The notes: a model not told the origin generated them from the letters alone. A DNA stretch of 64,000 bases from Eledone cirrhosa (GCA_964016885.1 OZ024740.1:176328001-176392000), one strand, 5' to 3'; shown: positions 41,913 to 57,115, counted from the first letter of the stretch. Made by a program: numbers and translations.

Positions 41913-43230
41913 TATTTACGTATCGAGAAAGAGAAAAAAGGGGAGGATAGGTGATACATATAGTTATTTGCCAAGTAGCGTATGCCAAAGGTGCTCGATA
42001 CTAGTGCCGGCAGTATTAAATATTCGAAGTGTTAATATTTAGTGGGCTAGAGAGTTAGCAGAGCGTAAGCACGTGGGAAAGTAAAAAATCGGAGAATAGA
42101 CCGTTAAAACATGTTTATTTAAAACAGCACCTACGTACGTTTCGCCCAGTTGGGCTTCTCAAGGGCATAAATAATCACAAGTGTTCCTTATATTGCTCGG
42201 AAAGAGTTTTGGGGGTTAAATCCACATCAAGGTTCATTGCTCGCAAAAATATCTTGTTTTGATTTTGCAGCAGGTCAAGGGAGGTAACTCTGGCCGGTGT
42301 TAGGGCAGTCTTTCCCGGACAATTTTTTTTTTTTTTTTTTTGCCGCATCCGTTTGTCTGAGGCTGGGTCTGGTATGCAAGGATTGTTTCCTGGGTGTTTA
42401 TTTTGCAGCGCCTGCCCGCCGGGGTGTTAAGACTTGTTGCAGGGAGATCCAGTGTACTGTTTCACTCTTCCTCCTTAACCCATCTGAAGAAGGATATTTT
42501 TAAGCGATGTGTACAACTTATCGCTGTTTCAGCTCTGCTGTTGATGAGCTCGTGGGGTGCAGTTATGATGTAGTAGAGCTCCATGAGGCAAAGATCGCAT
42601 TTCCTCTTGAAGTTGTACGGTGCAGCCCTGCCGACAATCTCCCAGTGCGTGGAGAAGCTGATGTTTAAGTCCTTTAGTGATGTGATGTAGTCCGCGAGCG
42701 AAGTGGAGTGCCTTAGTTTCTATTTGTGAAAGAGTGGAGATGTGTTCGAAACCTAATTTTGGTGGTCCCTATATAATGTTTAACGCTATTGTGGCTAATA
42801 ATAGTGCATCTATATATAACCCTATCAGTCAAGCAGTATCCTCTAAGTGGGCAGCGTCCTCTGGTGGGGCAGTTGCAATTTCTGTCGCGGTTCCGTCTAT
42901 TTCCCACGGTAAGGCTATTATTGTTGCTGCCTACGTTGTTACCTACGCTACCGCAGCTGTCGTTAGCACAATTACAACCCACAGCACGCGGGGTGGTGCG
43001 ATTGTCATTCCGCACGTCATGTTCTGCATGTTCCCCAGTCATTTCGCGGTTATTCTGGTTGTGTCTGCGGATGCCGTTGCCAACACTATTGGATGCTGCC
43101 AGGGAGTTGTTAAGGCCGATATAGTTATTGTCAGGTGTAGGTGCGTCTGTGTCTAGGTGCTGTGTCTTGGTGATCTTACTGTGGTTCGTTGTTCCTATGA
43201 TATCTGCTAGGTTAGGAGTAGTAGAGAAGG
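41910..43230 (-). mobile_element. 3' part of a second Penelope-like element (GIY-YIG) with hammerhead-like motif at 42130-42166
   Basis: CNC...CPLRGYCL..RVIYRC...HYIGTT..RFRTH..SF; minus-strand TTGAGAA-GCCCA/TGGGC-GAAA-CGTACG-TA-GG. Confidence 0.8.
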
Positions 43231-43254
43231 ATATATATATATATATATATATAA

Positions 43255-43822
43255 GCACAAGAGCTTCTATACTGTCACACATAGAGCTTTCCAAAATCTC
43301 GACATCACTGATGTGGTCCCTCCAGTGAACGCCATGGATCCGTCTGAGACACATCTGATGGAAACGCTCCAATTGCTTAAGGTGGTGTCGATATGTGACC
43401 CAGGTCTCGCAGGCATAAAGAAGACAAGAGAGTACACATGCCCTGTACACCTTTACCTTTGTCCTCCTGCATATGTCTCGCCGACCCCAGAGTCGCCTTT
43501 CTAGCTTTCCGAAAGCATCACTTGCTTTCCTAATCCTAAGTGAGATTTCACTGTCAAGGTTGCCGTATCGATTGACAGTGCTCCCCAGGTAGACAAACTG
43601 ATCAACCACTCCAAGTCGTTTGCCATACACATAGATGTTTGGTTCAGTGTACTGCCTACCAGGTGCAGGTTGGTACATGACGACGGTTTTCTTGAGACTG
43701 ACAGTCAAACCCAGGGCAGTGCAAGCGTCAGAAAATGCATTCAAAATGTGCTGCATATCACTCTCTGTGTGCGCTACAAGATCGCAATCATCTGCATACA
43801 AGAGGTCTCTTATGATTGATGT
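43255..43822 (-). mobile_element. RTE/BovB-like LINE reverse transcriptase fragment
   Basis: IRDLLYADDCDLVAH...GLTVSLKKTVVMYQP...FVYLGS...TKVKVYRACVLSCLLYACETW. Confidence 0.85.
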
Positions 43823-43825
43823 AAA

Positions 43826-46160
43826 TATATACATACATACATACATGTTTGTTTTTATATTTTCAGCTTTGGTTGAATTGGTAAACATTCTTTGCAAAAG
43901 ATATGGTAAGGAAATAAATCATTTAAAAACTATGATGTATGTATGATTTTATTCCGAACAGAAAATGAGAGAATGAATAGGTGTTATTTTATCCAACATC
44001 AGCAAAACATAAATAGACAATGCATCAACTTCACCAATCTCATAATTTTTCTAGAACAGTGTAAGATACCTTTAAGTTTTATTATGTAAAAAATCTATGT
44101 ACGCATATTCTAATTGTAATCAAGCAAGAGCACAATATATTGTTTGGTGCCCAAGTTCAATATCACATGTTGATATACCCACGTGTATACATGAATACAC
44201 TCTTTTAATTACAATGTAAACAGCCATGATCCCGGAGGTTTCTGACTTCCTGCCGGTGTAATGTGTTTAGAGTAGTCAAGACACTTAAATGTGAACAGAT
44301 GAGCCCAGAATACTCTAAATAATTAGCTTGGATGGTATAATAATGTGGAATCGTCGAGTAACTTTGCTGTTATATAAATATCGATTTTACGAGTGGTCCA
44401 CTCTTTGCTGGGACTAGATTTATCCCATACAATAAGAAGAAAAATAACTGTGGTTCATGTTTATGTAAAAGGAAGTAACTGTCAAATTTGCACTTTACTA
44501 TACGAGTGACATTCCTGATGCTGATGTCCACTCCAATTATATGTAGATCGATGCCTATTGGAAACTTCCTATCGATGAGGAGTTTGTCTTTGATTTTCTT
44601 AAGTAGTCCTGTATGTTTCAAAGATGTTTCTTTAATCAGTAAATTTATAAACGTGGACACATACCCTTAAAACGTTTAGCTTTATATTTAGTAATGTTTT
44701 AAATTTAATTCGAACACAAAACAATGTATGGAATATATTAATATTATCATAATACAATTTCTTAAAAACTTTTCAGGTCACTGCATTAACTGTCAGAAAT
44801 GGACGTTAAAGAGTGATGAGAGTATGTATTTTAATATTTTACATTCTCTGTTAATTATAAAAATTGAGATACGAATTAATTAGTTTCTATCATTTCACCA
44901 TCATTAATAATGTTAAGTTCAGCTATTGCTGATTGAATAATTACGTTTCCCAGAACACACACTACAAACGAAACAAACACCTTGGCAAACCGACCATAAT
45001 AACCAATTTGTAACTGTAAAGGTCCTGCAATCAGACCATATTGATAGTTAAAATATTTATAACATCTCCGCATGCGATAGTTTACATTGAATAGCCGATA
45101 TCAACACCACCTAGAATCGTTGAATTTAAGACTTGAGAAAATTCCTGTAATTGTACCAACTATTATGGAAACCTAGGAGCGGCAGATTAGAACACACTTC
45201 AATAACATAGAACACAGTTGACATCTTTTATACTAGGAAATTTGTGATCAAGTATTGGTATAGAATATTCCAGAAATATTAGTTAAGATATAACTGTGTA
45301 GTAAGAGTTTGTTTATATATACCTCATATAATGAAACCACTGTTAAAAATACAACTGCATATCTTTGAAAAATACAAATACATTTAGGTCACATTTTTAT
45401 AGAGCGTATAAAGCTTGGGGAACCCTAATTCTGACAAGACCCGCAGAAAGGCATGGTTGAGGACTTTGCTTCTACAACCCACCCAGGTATAAGTGGGTAA
45501 AGAAGCGAAGAACATGCATGTATGTATGTATGTATGTATGTATGTATGTATGTATGTATCAAAGGGCAAAAGAGTTCTTAAGAGTCAATGACCATCCAAA
45601 ATCACCGGGAGAGATGACCCATTAGTCTTTGTCAAGGCAGAATTCTAGGAGAAGGAAAATTCTGATATAACGCCTGCAACTCTGATGGTATCCAATGATG
45701 TTGACTTGTTCTTCTTTTTGGTAAATATCATCTTGGTTAAGAGAGTGGGACTGGCTTGGTGCAGTGCCTTTGCTCACTATAAAAGCTTCAGGGCATAGGC
45801 ATTGCTTTATATATGGAGATCTCTCTGCACTTGTCGTCACATGGTACCATGGGCCCAGCACTATGTGTCAATGATTATCACAAGTGTAGTGTTTGTACCA
45901 GAGTTTTCAAGTCGCTGGCTGGACTAAAAAGTCACACTCGTTCAGCGCATCGGTAGGGGTTCTCCTACATGGATATAAAGTAGTGGCCGTACTTGAAAAC
46001 GAGTTGGCAGCCACCATGTATGTATGTATGTATGTATGTATGTATGTATGTATGTATGTATGTATGTATGTATGTATGTATGTATGTATGTATGCATACA
46101 TGCATGCATGTATGTATGTATGTATACAAAGACGCGGGCACTCGTAAGAGTAATCCGGGG
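43826..46160. repeat. Second copy of the (CATA)n/(TATG)n-bounded element, with a ~460-bp insert in the right TATG tract
   Basis: Homologous to 30586-32398; the tail gcgggcac..gtaagagtaat resumes at ~46133 after the insert at 45560-46016. Confidence 0.75.
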
Positions 46161-46551
46161 CAACCTTCTTTCTCGAGAATATATTTCGAAATATGTGTTT
46201 CTTTTCTGCACTTTCCTGCTTTCAGAAATAAAGAAACATCCAAGACTGCTTCTACTTTTAAAAGGTAAAATCGTGCATAGTTTTTCATTATATTACTGGA
46301 CCACCAGTGAGCCGTTGGGTCACGTTCACTTCAAATTTTTTTTCAAAATCATGTACACTTAAAAATAATTGTTGAATAACTAAAATATACAGATATGTAT
46401 GTAATGTAAAATGAAACTGAAAGGCCCATATATATACGTGTGTGTATATATATATATAAATCTGTGTGTGTGTATGGGGGGGGGGGCTATCTGGGATTTA
46501 TATACACTGGTCAAAGACACACATACACATATATTTATACACACACACACT

Positions 46552-46609
<58 letters not shown>

Positions 46610-46696
46610 GTAGGAGGTGAGTTTTATTGTAGCACAATAAAGCAATGCAAATATCGGATAAGTAGCCCTCTACAGTTTGTACGACTGGAGTATAAA

Positions 46697-46974
46697 TATA
46701 AGATCAAAAGATGGTTAAAAGAGTTCCAACTATCTTATTATGCACATTTCAAAAACAAATATCATCACGAGATGATATCTGTGTTTTCATCAGATAAAAT
46801 AGAGATACATGATATGAAGGTTAAAAAACACTTGTGAATAGACAAGTGTTTTTTAACCTTTATATCATGTATCCCTATTTTATCTGATAAAAACGCAGAT
46901 ATCATCTCATGATGATATTTGTTTTTGAAATGCGCATAATAAAATACTTGGAACTCTTTTAACCATCTTTTCAT

Positions 46975-46980
<6 letters not shown>
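46697..46980. repeat. Long inverted repeat (139-bp arms, 6-nt loop)
   Basis: 46697-46835 is the reverse complement of 46842-46980 with scattered mismatches. Confidence 0.9.
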
Positions 46981-47030
<50 letters not shown>

Positions 47031-47084
47031 AGCAAATTATAAACGTAAACAAGTATGTTTTTGAAACGGTGCGCGAGTTTGAAT

Positions 47085-47358
<274 letters not shown>

Positions 47359-48224
47359 ACACCGCAAACTCTTTCCTTCTCTGTCTCCTCTCCCTCTCCT
47401 TCTATCTCTCTTTCAATCTACTCTCTCACAACCACTATCTTTCTCTCTCTATCTTTCTGTCTCTCTCTCTATCTTTCTCTCTCTCTCTCTATCTTTCTCT
47501 CTCTCTCTCTGTTTATGAAGGTGCCCGGAAAAACCCATATCTCGGAAACCCCGTGCTCCGATTCACGCGAAACTTGTTTTATTCCATTTGTACTCCCATT
47601 TAAGAGGCAACTTTCTTTCAAAGTATTTTCCCATCATATGCCCTTTTGGCTGTATTACATTACAGACAAACAAACAAGCAATCACAGAGTTTTAGTAGTA
47701 TATATATGTATATTTAGGATGGTGGATCAGCAGAGTCATCACAGCGTCGGACAAATGTTTATCTGCATTTATTCTTACATTTTACTTTCTGATTTCAAAT
47801 CCTACCGAGGTTCACTTTACTTTTCATCCTTCTGAAGTCGATAAACGGATCACTTTTCTCTTCCTCAAAATTGCTTATAATATGTCTATATATTTTGATT
47901 TTTACGAATATGTGTTTAAATAGCAATTCCTGTAGATTATGATATTTCCACGTAAATTAATTCGCTGAAACTGAAGACATAAAGCAGTATTGTGACATTA
48001 ATATTAATGTATTTAAAAGTCAAAGTCAGAGACAACTCAACTATGATACTGTGGACGGAGGAATAATGCTGTAGCAATGTTATGTACTGGTTTTTATATC
48101 ATATAGAATATGCACAATACATGGAATTGTCCGACTCGGATACGGTTACTGAAGGTCTGCGGGACTGCGTACGGTTTATTTTTTTTTATCCCGTTAGTAA
48201 AATAAGTTGGATTACTTTGAATAA

Positions 48225-48400
48225 ATAATTGTTTCTACTTTTGGCACAAGGCCAGCAATTATCCCAGTGTATTACTGGTACTTTATTTTATCGACCCCGT
48301 AAGGATGAAAGGCAAAGTTAACTTCGGCGGTCCGTAAAGGGACGTAACTGTGCTGCAAAGCATGGCGTCCGACTCTCTACCTATACTGCCAATCCACCGC
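48225..48400 (-). mobile_element. tRNA-derived SINE (internal deletion)
   Basis: Reverse complement of the family consensus; an extra head fragment lies at ~48815-48860. Confidence 0.85.
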
Positions 48401-49980
48401 AGGTAAACGACAGAGTATTGTAACTGGTAGAACACGAAGTATCCTGTAATAAGCGCCCAACATCCTGAAGCATTCCAAATTACATCTGGTGGTCCAAGAG
48501 GAGTATATGCAGTGAAGAATAAGTATGCTAAATGGGTTTTTAGAAGAATTCATTCGGAAATTTTCCATTACAAATGTTTCAATGGGTTTGACGACTATAA
48601 AATCTGTTCAATATCAATCCAGCCTCTTCAGATGATCTTCCTAACATTATTTTTATCTACCCTGGGAGCTGATATTGAGAGAGGGGATATTGAATTTTAT
48701 CAGTTGCCCTATCTCTCCACGCCGGGTTCTCCAGAGAACCAAGGGTGGATAGTAACACAGTGCATAACCGTCAAACACATCGAAACATTTTCAAGGGCCG
48801 TGACTCTATACGTCAAAGCATGGCGTCCGACACTCTACCGATACTGCCAATCCACCGCCCTTTGAATAAATAATAAATGAATATTACATAATTTATCTAC
48901 TCAATTTCGTAAACAAAAATAATTTCGTAGAAATATATAATTTAAAATTGACTACTTTTCAAAGTTGCATTTCCGGTATATCGTTGCCACCACCACCACT
49001 TCAACTACCATATATATAGAAAGAGAAAGTGTTGATGTCAACACTTCCTGTGGCGATCACTTAAATAAACATACTCATTTTCTGTCACTAATTTTCTCCT
49101 AATGCAGTTTATATATAATATCGTCTTTTTTTAATGTATCATGAATTACGTTAGTGATTACATAAGACAATGTAACACAGTCTTCGTTCAATTTCTGTTT
49201 ATATTGTCAATTACGGTTTTATTTGATGTATCATATCTACATGTATATATACTTGCGTATAATATCAATATACACACTACACATGCTAGCAGAAAACCAC
49301 CCGAAGGGTGGTTTTTCTGCTAGTTAAATAATAAATATTTATGGTAGAACGCAATAACATTTGAAATACATAAGAAAAATTCCTTAATTTTCCTGTGCAC
49401 GGACAAATATTTTTAAATGTTGACCTGTCACACTTCTTTCTTTGTATTTCAAAAGTTCTAATTAAAATATAGCATCGTCGCACATGTGTTCATATGCGTC
49501 ATCATTACATAGAAGAAAAGTGTAAAAGGAACCATGATACAACCTTTTTGTGCTGTTTGGGTCAATAAAATCTGAAAATTCTCGATTTGACAAACCAGCA
49601 TTTGGTGAAATGAGTTGATAATGCTAAATATTTTTCAGAAATACCAGGTTTACTCAGTATCTTTCTGGGAACCTCTCGGTTTAGTGTCAACGATATTAGG
49701 TCAACGAACACCATATGCAATTCTTGGTTTCTTTCCTGGCGTTTTCAGCAAGGTGGCGAAGAGAAAAGATCACTGCGGCCGAAATTAAAGCCACATTCTA
49801 TCAGCCTATCAATTAAGAATGGATCTAGCCGAGATATTACCAGATATTACTTTGTTTTGTAAATAAGCTTCATGGAAGAATATTTGAAATCATGAGGAAC
49901 AAACAAAACTTTACAAATTGCTTTGAAGAGTTCAAGCAACTTCTTGACCAACTATTGTCCACCATTATTATCTAATTTTT

Positions 49981-50156
49981 AAGGGCGGTGGATTGGCAGT
50001 ATCGGTAGAGGGTCGGACGCCATGCTTTCCAGCATAGTTACGTCCCTTTACGATCCCGCCGAGGTTTACTTTGCCTTTCATCCTTACGGGGTCGATAAAA
50101 TAAAGTACCAGTAATGCACTGGTGAATTGCTGGCCTTGTGCCTAAAGTATAAACAA
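49981..50156 (+). mobile_element. tRNA-derived SINE with TSD attattatctaattt
   Basis: ggcggtggattggcagtatcggtagag head, family core, flanking direct repeat. Confidence 0.88.
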
Positions 50157-52319
50157 TTATTATCTAATTTCTGGTGGAATACCATCTTTAACAGGGGCCT
50201 TGTCTGAGGACATCCCTTTAATGGAATACTGCACTTCATTTAGAATTAGCTTAAGAGTATGTTGAGGGAGTTCCAAACATTGTGGAATGGAGGTTGTCAC
50301 CTCTTCATCTATAACAGAGGCAGGTTAAGCACAGTTTCAGAATGCTCTTGTCCGTTAGAAGTGTTCGGTCGTTAGAAGCAAACACGGGCGATGTGCCACT
50401 TTACTGTGAACTTTTGAGTCATTCTTATAGACAGTCTCGTGGAGTTCGGCAGTTTCAGTTGACCGCAAAGCCTACTTCCTTTGTCTCAATGCAGTTAAAA
50501 CCTTGTTTTCACACTTCTTTTATGTTTGGATTTTGACGGAAGAGCTTGTGTCATTAATCCAAATTCTTTGTGAGTCATGCATGTGTTGGAAAAGTGGATG
50601 AAATTTGGTGCCATTTTCATCAAACCAATTCTGATGTTTGCAACTGGTAGACCCAGTACTTTTAGAGAAATCGTATTTGCCGCGTCACTTAGACTATACC
50701 AGAAAGACTCAATGCCATTGGATACTTTAACAGTGAGGCGAAACGTTTCCAGTTGATTACAGAACCCGTTATTTTTTCGCAGGAATTTAATGCAAAAATA
50801 TTGATGGGCATCTGAAGCCGCTTCTTTTGAGGGCCTGGTTGTAGTAAGGCACAAAATATCGCTTCATCTAACAATAAAGTATCGCTTCATCTAACAATAA
50901 AAACTCCTCTGTAACAGAAATAACAACGATATTATCGGTGAGCAAATTAAGAGTTGAAACTCTCTGGATAGATCATCGTGCCCCCTCAACAACAGATACC
51001 GCGAACGAAACCTAGTCTACCAGTGAAACGTGAGGACGGAACAGTCCAACAAGGCTTACATTGGATTAACCGCCTGCAAGGTTAAGACCTGGTATTACCG
51101 ACATTAACATTCATTTAGAACCCGGCCCGGCGACACGCTACAGCACTTTCTGGCCATATTTGGCACCTCCAAGATAACAATATTACCTATCATCTAACGT
51201 GGACCCTAATTTCCAAGGCAAAAATCTTACTCGGGAGTCCGTGCAATTTATGCTCGGAGGAAACGATCCAGATGATGTTTGCAAAGGACCAATTTAAAAA
51301 AATAAAAGATGAACTCGATACGTCGTGTAAACAGAATATATAGGACATATCTTACTTCAAACCACCTCATGACCCAGGTAGGTAGATCCCGGCTTTATAT
51401 CCTTCCCAATTACAAACTAAGATAGAGGAAAATCCAAGCATCCTTAGGTAGAAATATAATTTTTTCTTTGTTATTTACACTTTCTAAATATCCTTAAGTG
51501 GATCTTAGCATATTTACACTATTATAAACAGTTCCTAATCTTCCTTGGGTAAATACGGAATATTTTCATTTTTGCTAAAATACACATATTGCCCTAGAGA
51601 ACCAGCCAAACAGGTAGCTATGATACCTTATAAACCTATTAGTTTATGCATGATGCAGAAGCTTATTCGTTGGCATTACCGAACAGCTGCTGTGGAAGGA
51701 ATTGTATACAGAGTTATCGTGTGTTGGCATATAAACTTATATTATACCAGCGCTTAAGCACCACCACTTACTATAGCGTCAGACTCGTTAAAGATACCTA
51801 GTAGCTAACCTTCAATGATTTTTTGCTTTTGCTAATGTTTGCCGATAGCTCTGAAATACATGTTAGATTGACACTTTCAGGTTTTTTGAGGAATTTACTT
51901 AGCTTTAGTACTAGAGTACTAGAGAAGAGATGATTAGTACTATCTTTAACAGGATGGATTTTGGGGTGTGAAAATAAATGAAAAAATAAGTAAATTAGTG
52001 AATGAGGCGCCTTTCCTGGGCCTTAAAGTAATTGATAATTAGATTTCTTTATGATGGGCTGAATTAGTAATAAAATATAAATGATTGGCTTTTTAGCAAA
52101 GTGTTAGATAAGGCAAACTTAACCTAAATAATCTACGTTACCCTCTTTGACTTATACAGTATATGCCGAACACATATTTTTTCTCGTTTATTTGTTATCC
52201 CTTTGAATTGAAGTTAAACACAATACCGTTTCTATAGATTATAAATAGTTCAGGTCAGTTCGTCCTCTTACACATTCCCCTTGTATTTCGGCCTGTTTAC
52301 CCCCTGTCGTCATGAAGAT

Positions 52320-52522
52320 AATTGTTTCTACTTTAGGCACAAGGCCAGCAATTACCCAGTGCATTATTGGTACTTTATTTTATCGACCCCGTAAGGATGA
52401 AAGGCAAAGTCAACTTCGGCGGGATTTGAACTCAGATCGTAAAGGGACGTAACTATGCTGGAAAGCATGGTGTCTGACCCTCTACCGATACTGCCAATCC
52501 ACCGCCTTTACTGCCAATCCAC
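52320..52522 (-). mobile_element. tRNA-derived SINE with TSD tgaagataat
   Basis: Reverse complement of the full consensus including A and B boxes. Confidence 0.88.
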
Positions 52523-52771
52523 TGAAGATAATAAACTATATACATGACATCCCAGACAATTGACTACTCCCGGAGAAAGACAAGAAAGACAACAATCTTT
52601 TAAGATTTTTTGCTTAGTTCTTTTGCTTTTTTGCTTTGACTGCATACCCATATATGGACTGGGCCCCTTAATAAGTTCAGCTAGATTGCCACCGTTCTAA
52701 TACTGGTGGCTTAGTTTGGATCTAGCTGTCGAAACGACCGGAGTTCAGCCGTCGGGATCCTGAATATTTTC

Positions 52772-52830
<59 letters not shown>

Positions 52831-52921
52831 CAGCTTTTACTACAAATTTATAACTTGCGAATTCTTCAATACAGAAAGTATTTTCTAAAATATATATTTC
52901 ATCGCGCTTTTCTGTTTTCAG

Positions 52922-52947
52922 AAGCGATGGGTACAAAAGAGAACAAG
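52922..52947 (+). CDS. Candidate distal 26-nt micro-exon with acceptor region homologous to the array
   Basis: tattttctaaaatatatatttc...ttttctgttttcag|AAGCGATGGGTACAAAAGAGAACAAG|gtagga. Confidence 0.35.
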
Positions 52948-55900
52948 GTAGGATGATGGATTATATATATATTTAAATATATATATATCATGTTATGTAT
53001 AACTATTTAGATACTATATATAGATTAAATTGTTTTCAATATATTTCAGTTTTTACGTGTACAAAATGTTGTGGATATCGCACGGTTTTAAGATTACTCC
53101 GTACCCTTTTAACTAAGTAGTGTAATTGATAATGTAAATTCATTTATCATTCTTCCCCCAAAAGATATACATATGTTACACTGACCTTTGGTTTTTCCAC
53201 TCGTTCCTTTAGGCGTGTTCCTTTAAGGAATGTGGTATATCTAATGCACTAGATTGGACGGGAGAAAATTCAAGTATATCTACTACAGGTAGCATAGACG
53301 GTTCAAAATCTTGAGTTGATGATGGGGATTTGCCGAGTATTCCGTCTGTTTGTAGTCCCGAGTTCAATTAATACGTCAGGAAATTATAACTGTGGATCAT
53401 TTTTTTAAATATCAAAGCAGGAAGGTGGAGCAACCATGATCGGAATAAACTTTACCAAATCGCTAACGTGAATTTTGCCGATGGCTAGACTAAAGTAACA
53501 CTGTGGTATTCATATCGAACAAGATTATCTCCATTACGCTAATCCCCATTTTTCATTTTGGATCTTAGTAGAGCGATCAAAGAAAAGCCAGATAAATTGA
53601 TATAATCGACTAAAACTATTAAAACGAGGAACAAAAATATGGCTGCTATCCAGTGATTGAAACCAGTTATAAACTATGAACAGTTCTTGATCCCTGAAAG
53701 TACTTCGGGATTATCAGCTACAACACAATGTCTCTGATGCTTGCTGCATACTATTAAAATGGAGCAATAATCGACTCTACCACCCTTTCCTTCAGAAAAT
53801 GAAATAAGGACCATCTACAAACGTTAATGTACCCAGGAACGTTATTGCTCCACACAAGACATATAAGATTAAAAAAGGACTATAAAAAATCTTTTATAAA
53901 AAGGTAAAAAAAACATACTTATCTTGAATAGACTTATGTTATCCCCATGATGTTCGAAGAAAAAGCTATTCTGTATGGATGCACACGCATAAATATTGAG
54001 AGTAATAGCCAATCTTACTCTTCAACAAACACAACCAACTTCATGACAGGACAATTTTTCATTGTTTAATAACATAAGCAGTAGAATCCAGGAAAACGTC
54101 TGTTGATGATATACGGTGGTTAAGGATACCACACCGAAAAAAATATTTAAACCACCTAGCTAGTCAGAATCTTGTCCATTGTTTGATCAGTATGTAATGA
54201 AGTTTTGTATAACAGTCATATGTGATAAGATGTAGCACACTTTATTTGTAATAACTCATAGGCCATATTGAAAATAAAGAAGAATACTGATGATGCACTC
54301 CATTGATTTCCCTATGTAATGAGAATAAGATATACTTTACTGAAGACTCAACGGTGTATGTTTTACAGGGAGATCTGTTTAGTTGATCAAACCCAAACCA
54401 GTATATTACTGGTACATCGATTATCGAAGGAAAGGCGAACGTCAAAGTAGAACCTTACATGAATTGAATTCAGGTGTCAATAGAAATGATAAGACTCTTG
54501 CTGTTTCTGCGAAATCATCGCGGTAATGATATACAATATTGGTATATAATAGATGAGGTACGAAATCTATACATCTTAAGCCATACGAAAGGTGGTGCTA
54601 ACGTTTTATGATTTAAACTAATGAATCTTTAATCTACGTATTTGATGTTATACATTCGTTAATTCACAGCAAGAAGTTAATCAGATATACATTCTTTATA
54701 ACCTTGAGAAAAGTATGAACATCTTATTTCCTATTTATCTTACATTGTAAAGCATTAATATGAAATATTTAATTAAAAGTATCATCATAAAATATGTTTA
54801 TTATATCTTCCGGGACTAGAAAGCTTCATGGAATCTTCCACACCTGACACCCCAGACGGTTAGTTACCTATTTACGAATAATCAAATCATTATCCCTATC
54901 AATTTAAATGATAGATTGTTTGGGAGAGGGGAAATGTTAGCGTGGTGTGGTAAAAAAATCGTGGTTAGCCAGCAAATACAAGATTCCAATCACAATGGTG
55001 AGATTGTTCTCGTCCATGTCAGATAATGCCGGGAAAAGGGTCAATTTTTATTTTGAATCAATACAGGAGGAGTACTGTGACAAGAAGAATGTTTTGTTTG
55101 GTGGGTGCGGGTGCTGTTGACCTGAGAAATGGTTTCGATGGTGTCCTAGTCATTGACAGAGTTAGCTGTGGAGGAATGGTTGGGTAGAATACTGATGACA
55201 ATGTTTGAGAAAGCGCGTACAAGCGTAATGATGAAGGGCAGGGAAAGTGACGCATTTGAAATAAGGATAAGAGTGCATCATAGATCAGTATTCTATTTAC
55301 TGAAGGAACGTTTTTGCTAGCATCTTTGGTTAATTTCTTTTTAAATTGTTTTTGTTCTTTGCTCTTGTTTTGAGAAGACAAGTTAGTAAAGTCAAGTCTT
55401 AAAAGAACGTATTTCAGGGTATTTTATAAACTCTATTTTCTAAATCTTAGGCTGCACCAGTGAAAACTAGGTGCCATCAAGTGCGATCAAGTGGAACCCC
55501 TCCCTGGTGACAGACCTGCTAGTAATTCTAATGCTTGTACTTATTTAAGTTCATAAAAACATCGACACGTGACATATGAAGGATACCATTCCTTTTAATA
55601 TTTAACGGGGAGAAATAGGGAAGATTTGGTTTATATATAGGCACAAAGCTTATGTTATATAGAAAAAATTCCAAGAATTAACAATTATTCATACGCCAGA
55701 AAAAGCAAACAAATCGTTAAAGGGAGATGATAAAATTTAAACTCTGAGAGTTATATCCCTTGCATCTTTGAATACTTAGTTTTATAGTAGTCGGCAGTAA
55801 CATATAGATGTTTCTACATGAATACTTATTTATTGTCATGCGGTGCGAACACATGGTTTTCACCCTTCTGGGAACGCATGCTACGTGATCTTGATAAAGC

Positions 55901-57115
55901 ATAGTTAGTCTGTAAGGACAATAACAAGATACTTCATATTAATTTAGCTTTCACGTGCAGTCCCCCACTATTCTACCAATTCTAAGGTGTTGTTCTTCAA
56001 ATCATCTTTGTTTATATTCGCTGTTGTCATTTGTTAATTGAATGTCTTGTAGATAATACATGTGCCGTATTTTAAACATATTATATATTATAATACCCAT
56101 GTAGTAGAGCAACGTTAAGGGATACATGCCTGTAAAATAAAATAAAAAATCTAAGCGAAGCTGTCTAAATGTAAATATAACAACGTTCAACTATGTAAAA
56201 AAGTGGCTTATTTACATGTTTATCCGTGGACCCCAAAATAGTGAACAATCTGACTCGAACCTCAGATCTGGATAATTTCATCCTCAGATATTGTGTATAC
56301 ATTTCTCAGTCCACAATGTAATAAGTAACTAGAGGCATTATAAGCCTACAATATATGGTTGTATCAGCAAACTGAAGGTTCCAATTTGCGTAATATTAGT
56401 GTCTATGTAGGCAGCTACATCACTTATATATGTTACATTGTGCACTAAATAGCTGAGATGTACGATAAATACACATCGGTATAGTAATATATAAGGTTAA
56501 ATGACTCACAAAATAATTATTTCAATTCCTCATTATTTGTTGAATTTTTAATTCCAGATCCTTGACAGAACGAAGAAAGTAATAGATTAGCTGTGGACAC
56601 AGATCCGTGTCTTCCACGAAACGCTGCAGGTATATTTTCCGACGTAATTGTCATTTAAATAATTACAAATAATTAGAAATCAAACTAATAATGAATAAAA
56701 AAGATATATCATTAAAATATATATATTTAATCATCATTAACAGGATTCAATTAGCAATTATCAGAACTGATTCCGAGTTTTAGTTCATGTCCTAAAATTT
56801 GAAATAAAGTAATGTGGAATGTATATTTGTTTTATTTCGTTAACTTGTTTTTCAGAGATTTTCGTTCTTCATTTTCTATTTATCCTCCTAGGATCTATAA
56901 ATAAAACACTAGCTCAATATGGAGGCTTTTCTCGTTTCCTGCAACTATCGTATCTAGGATGTTCCACTAGATCAGGTTTGTGGTGGGGAGAGATGTGCGA
57001 AGGAGTCTGTGTTTCCTTGCGGCTACATGGTCACCTAAAATCGTTATTTAAAGCACGGTAAATGCTGATATCTAGTCATCCTCACTCGCTGGTGAGTTAA
57101 TATATATATATAATA

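Noticed and set aside
42713-43897. 394-aa ORF as an RT-GIY-YIG fusion gene
   Set aside because: Chance in-frame join of an RTE fragment and a Penelope fragment across a (TA)n tract.
45560-46016. Possible LINE RNase H remnant (HWIPS motif, minus strand)
   Set aside because: Only one short motif amid frameshifts; insufficient support.
49500-55530. Faint RT/Penelope-like motifs (e.g. GCPQ ~50210 minus, RLYILP ~51390 plus, RLYALS ~55220 minus)
   Set aside because: Too decayed to set boundaries or class without a profile search; probably old retroelement debris.
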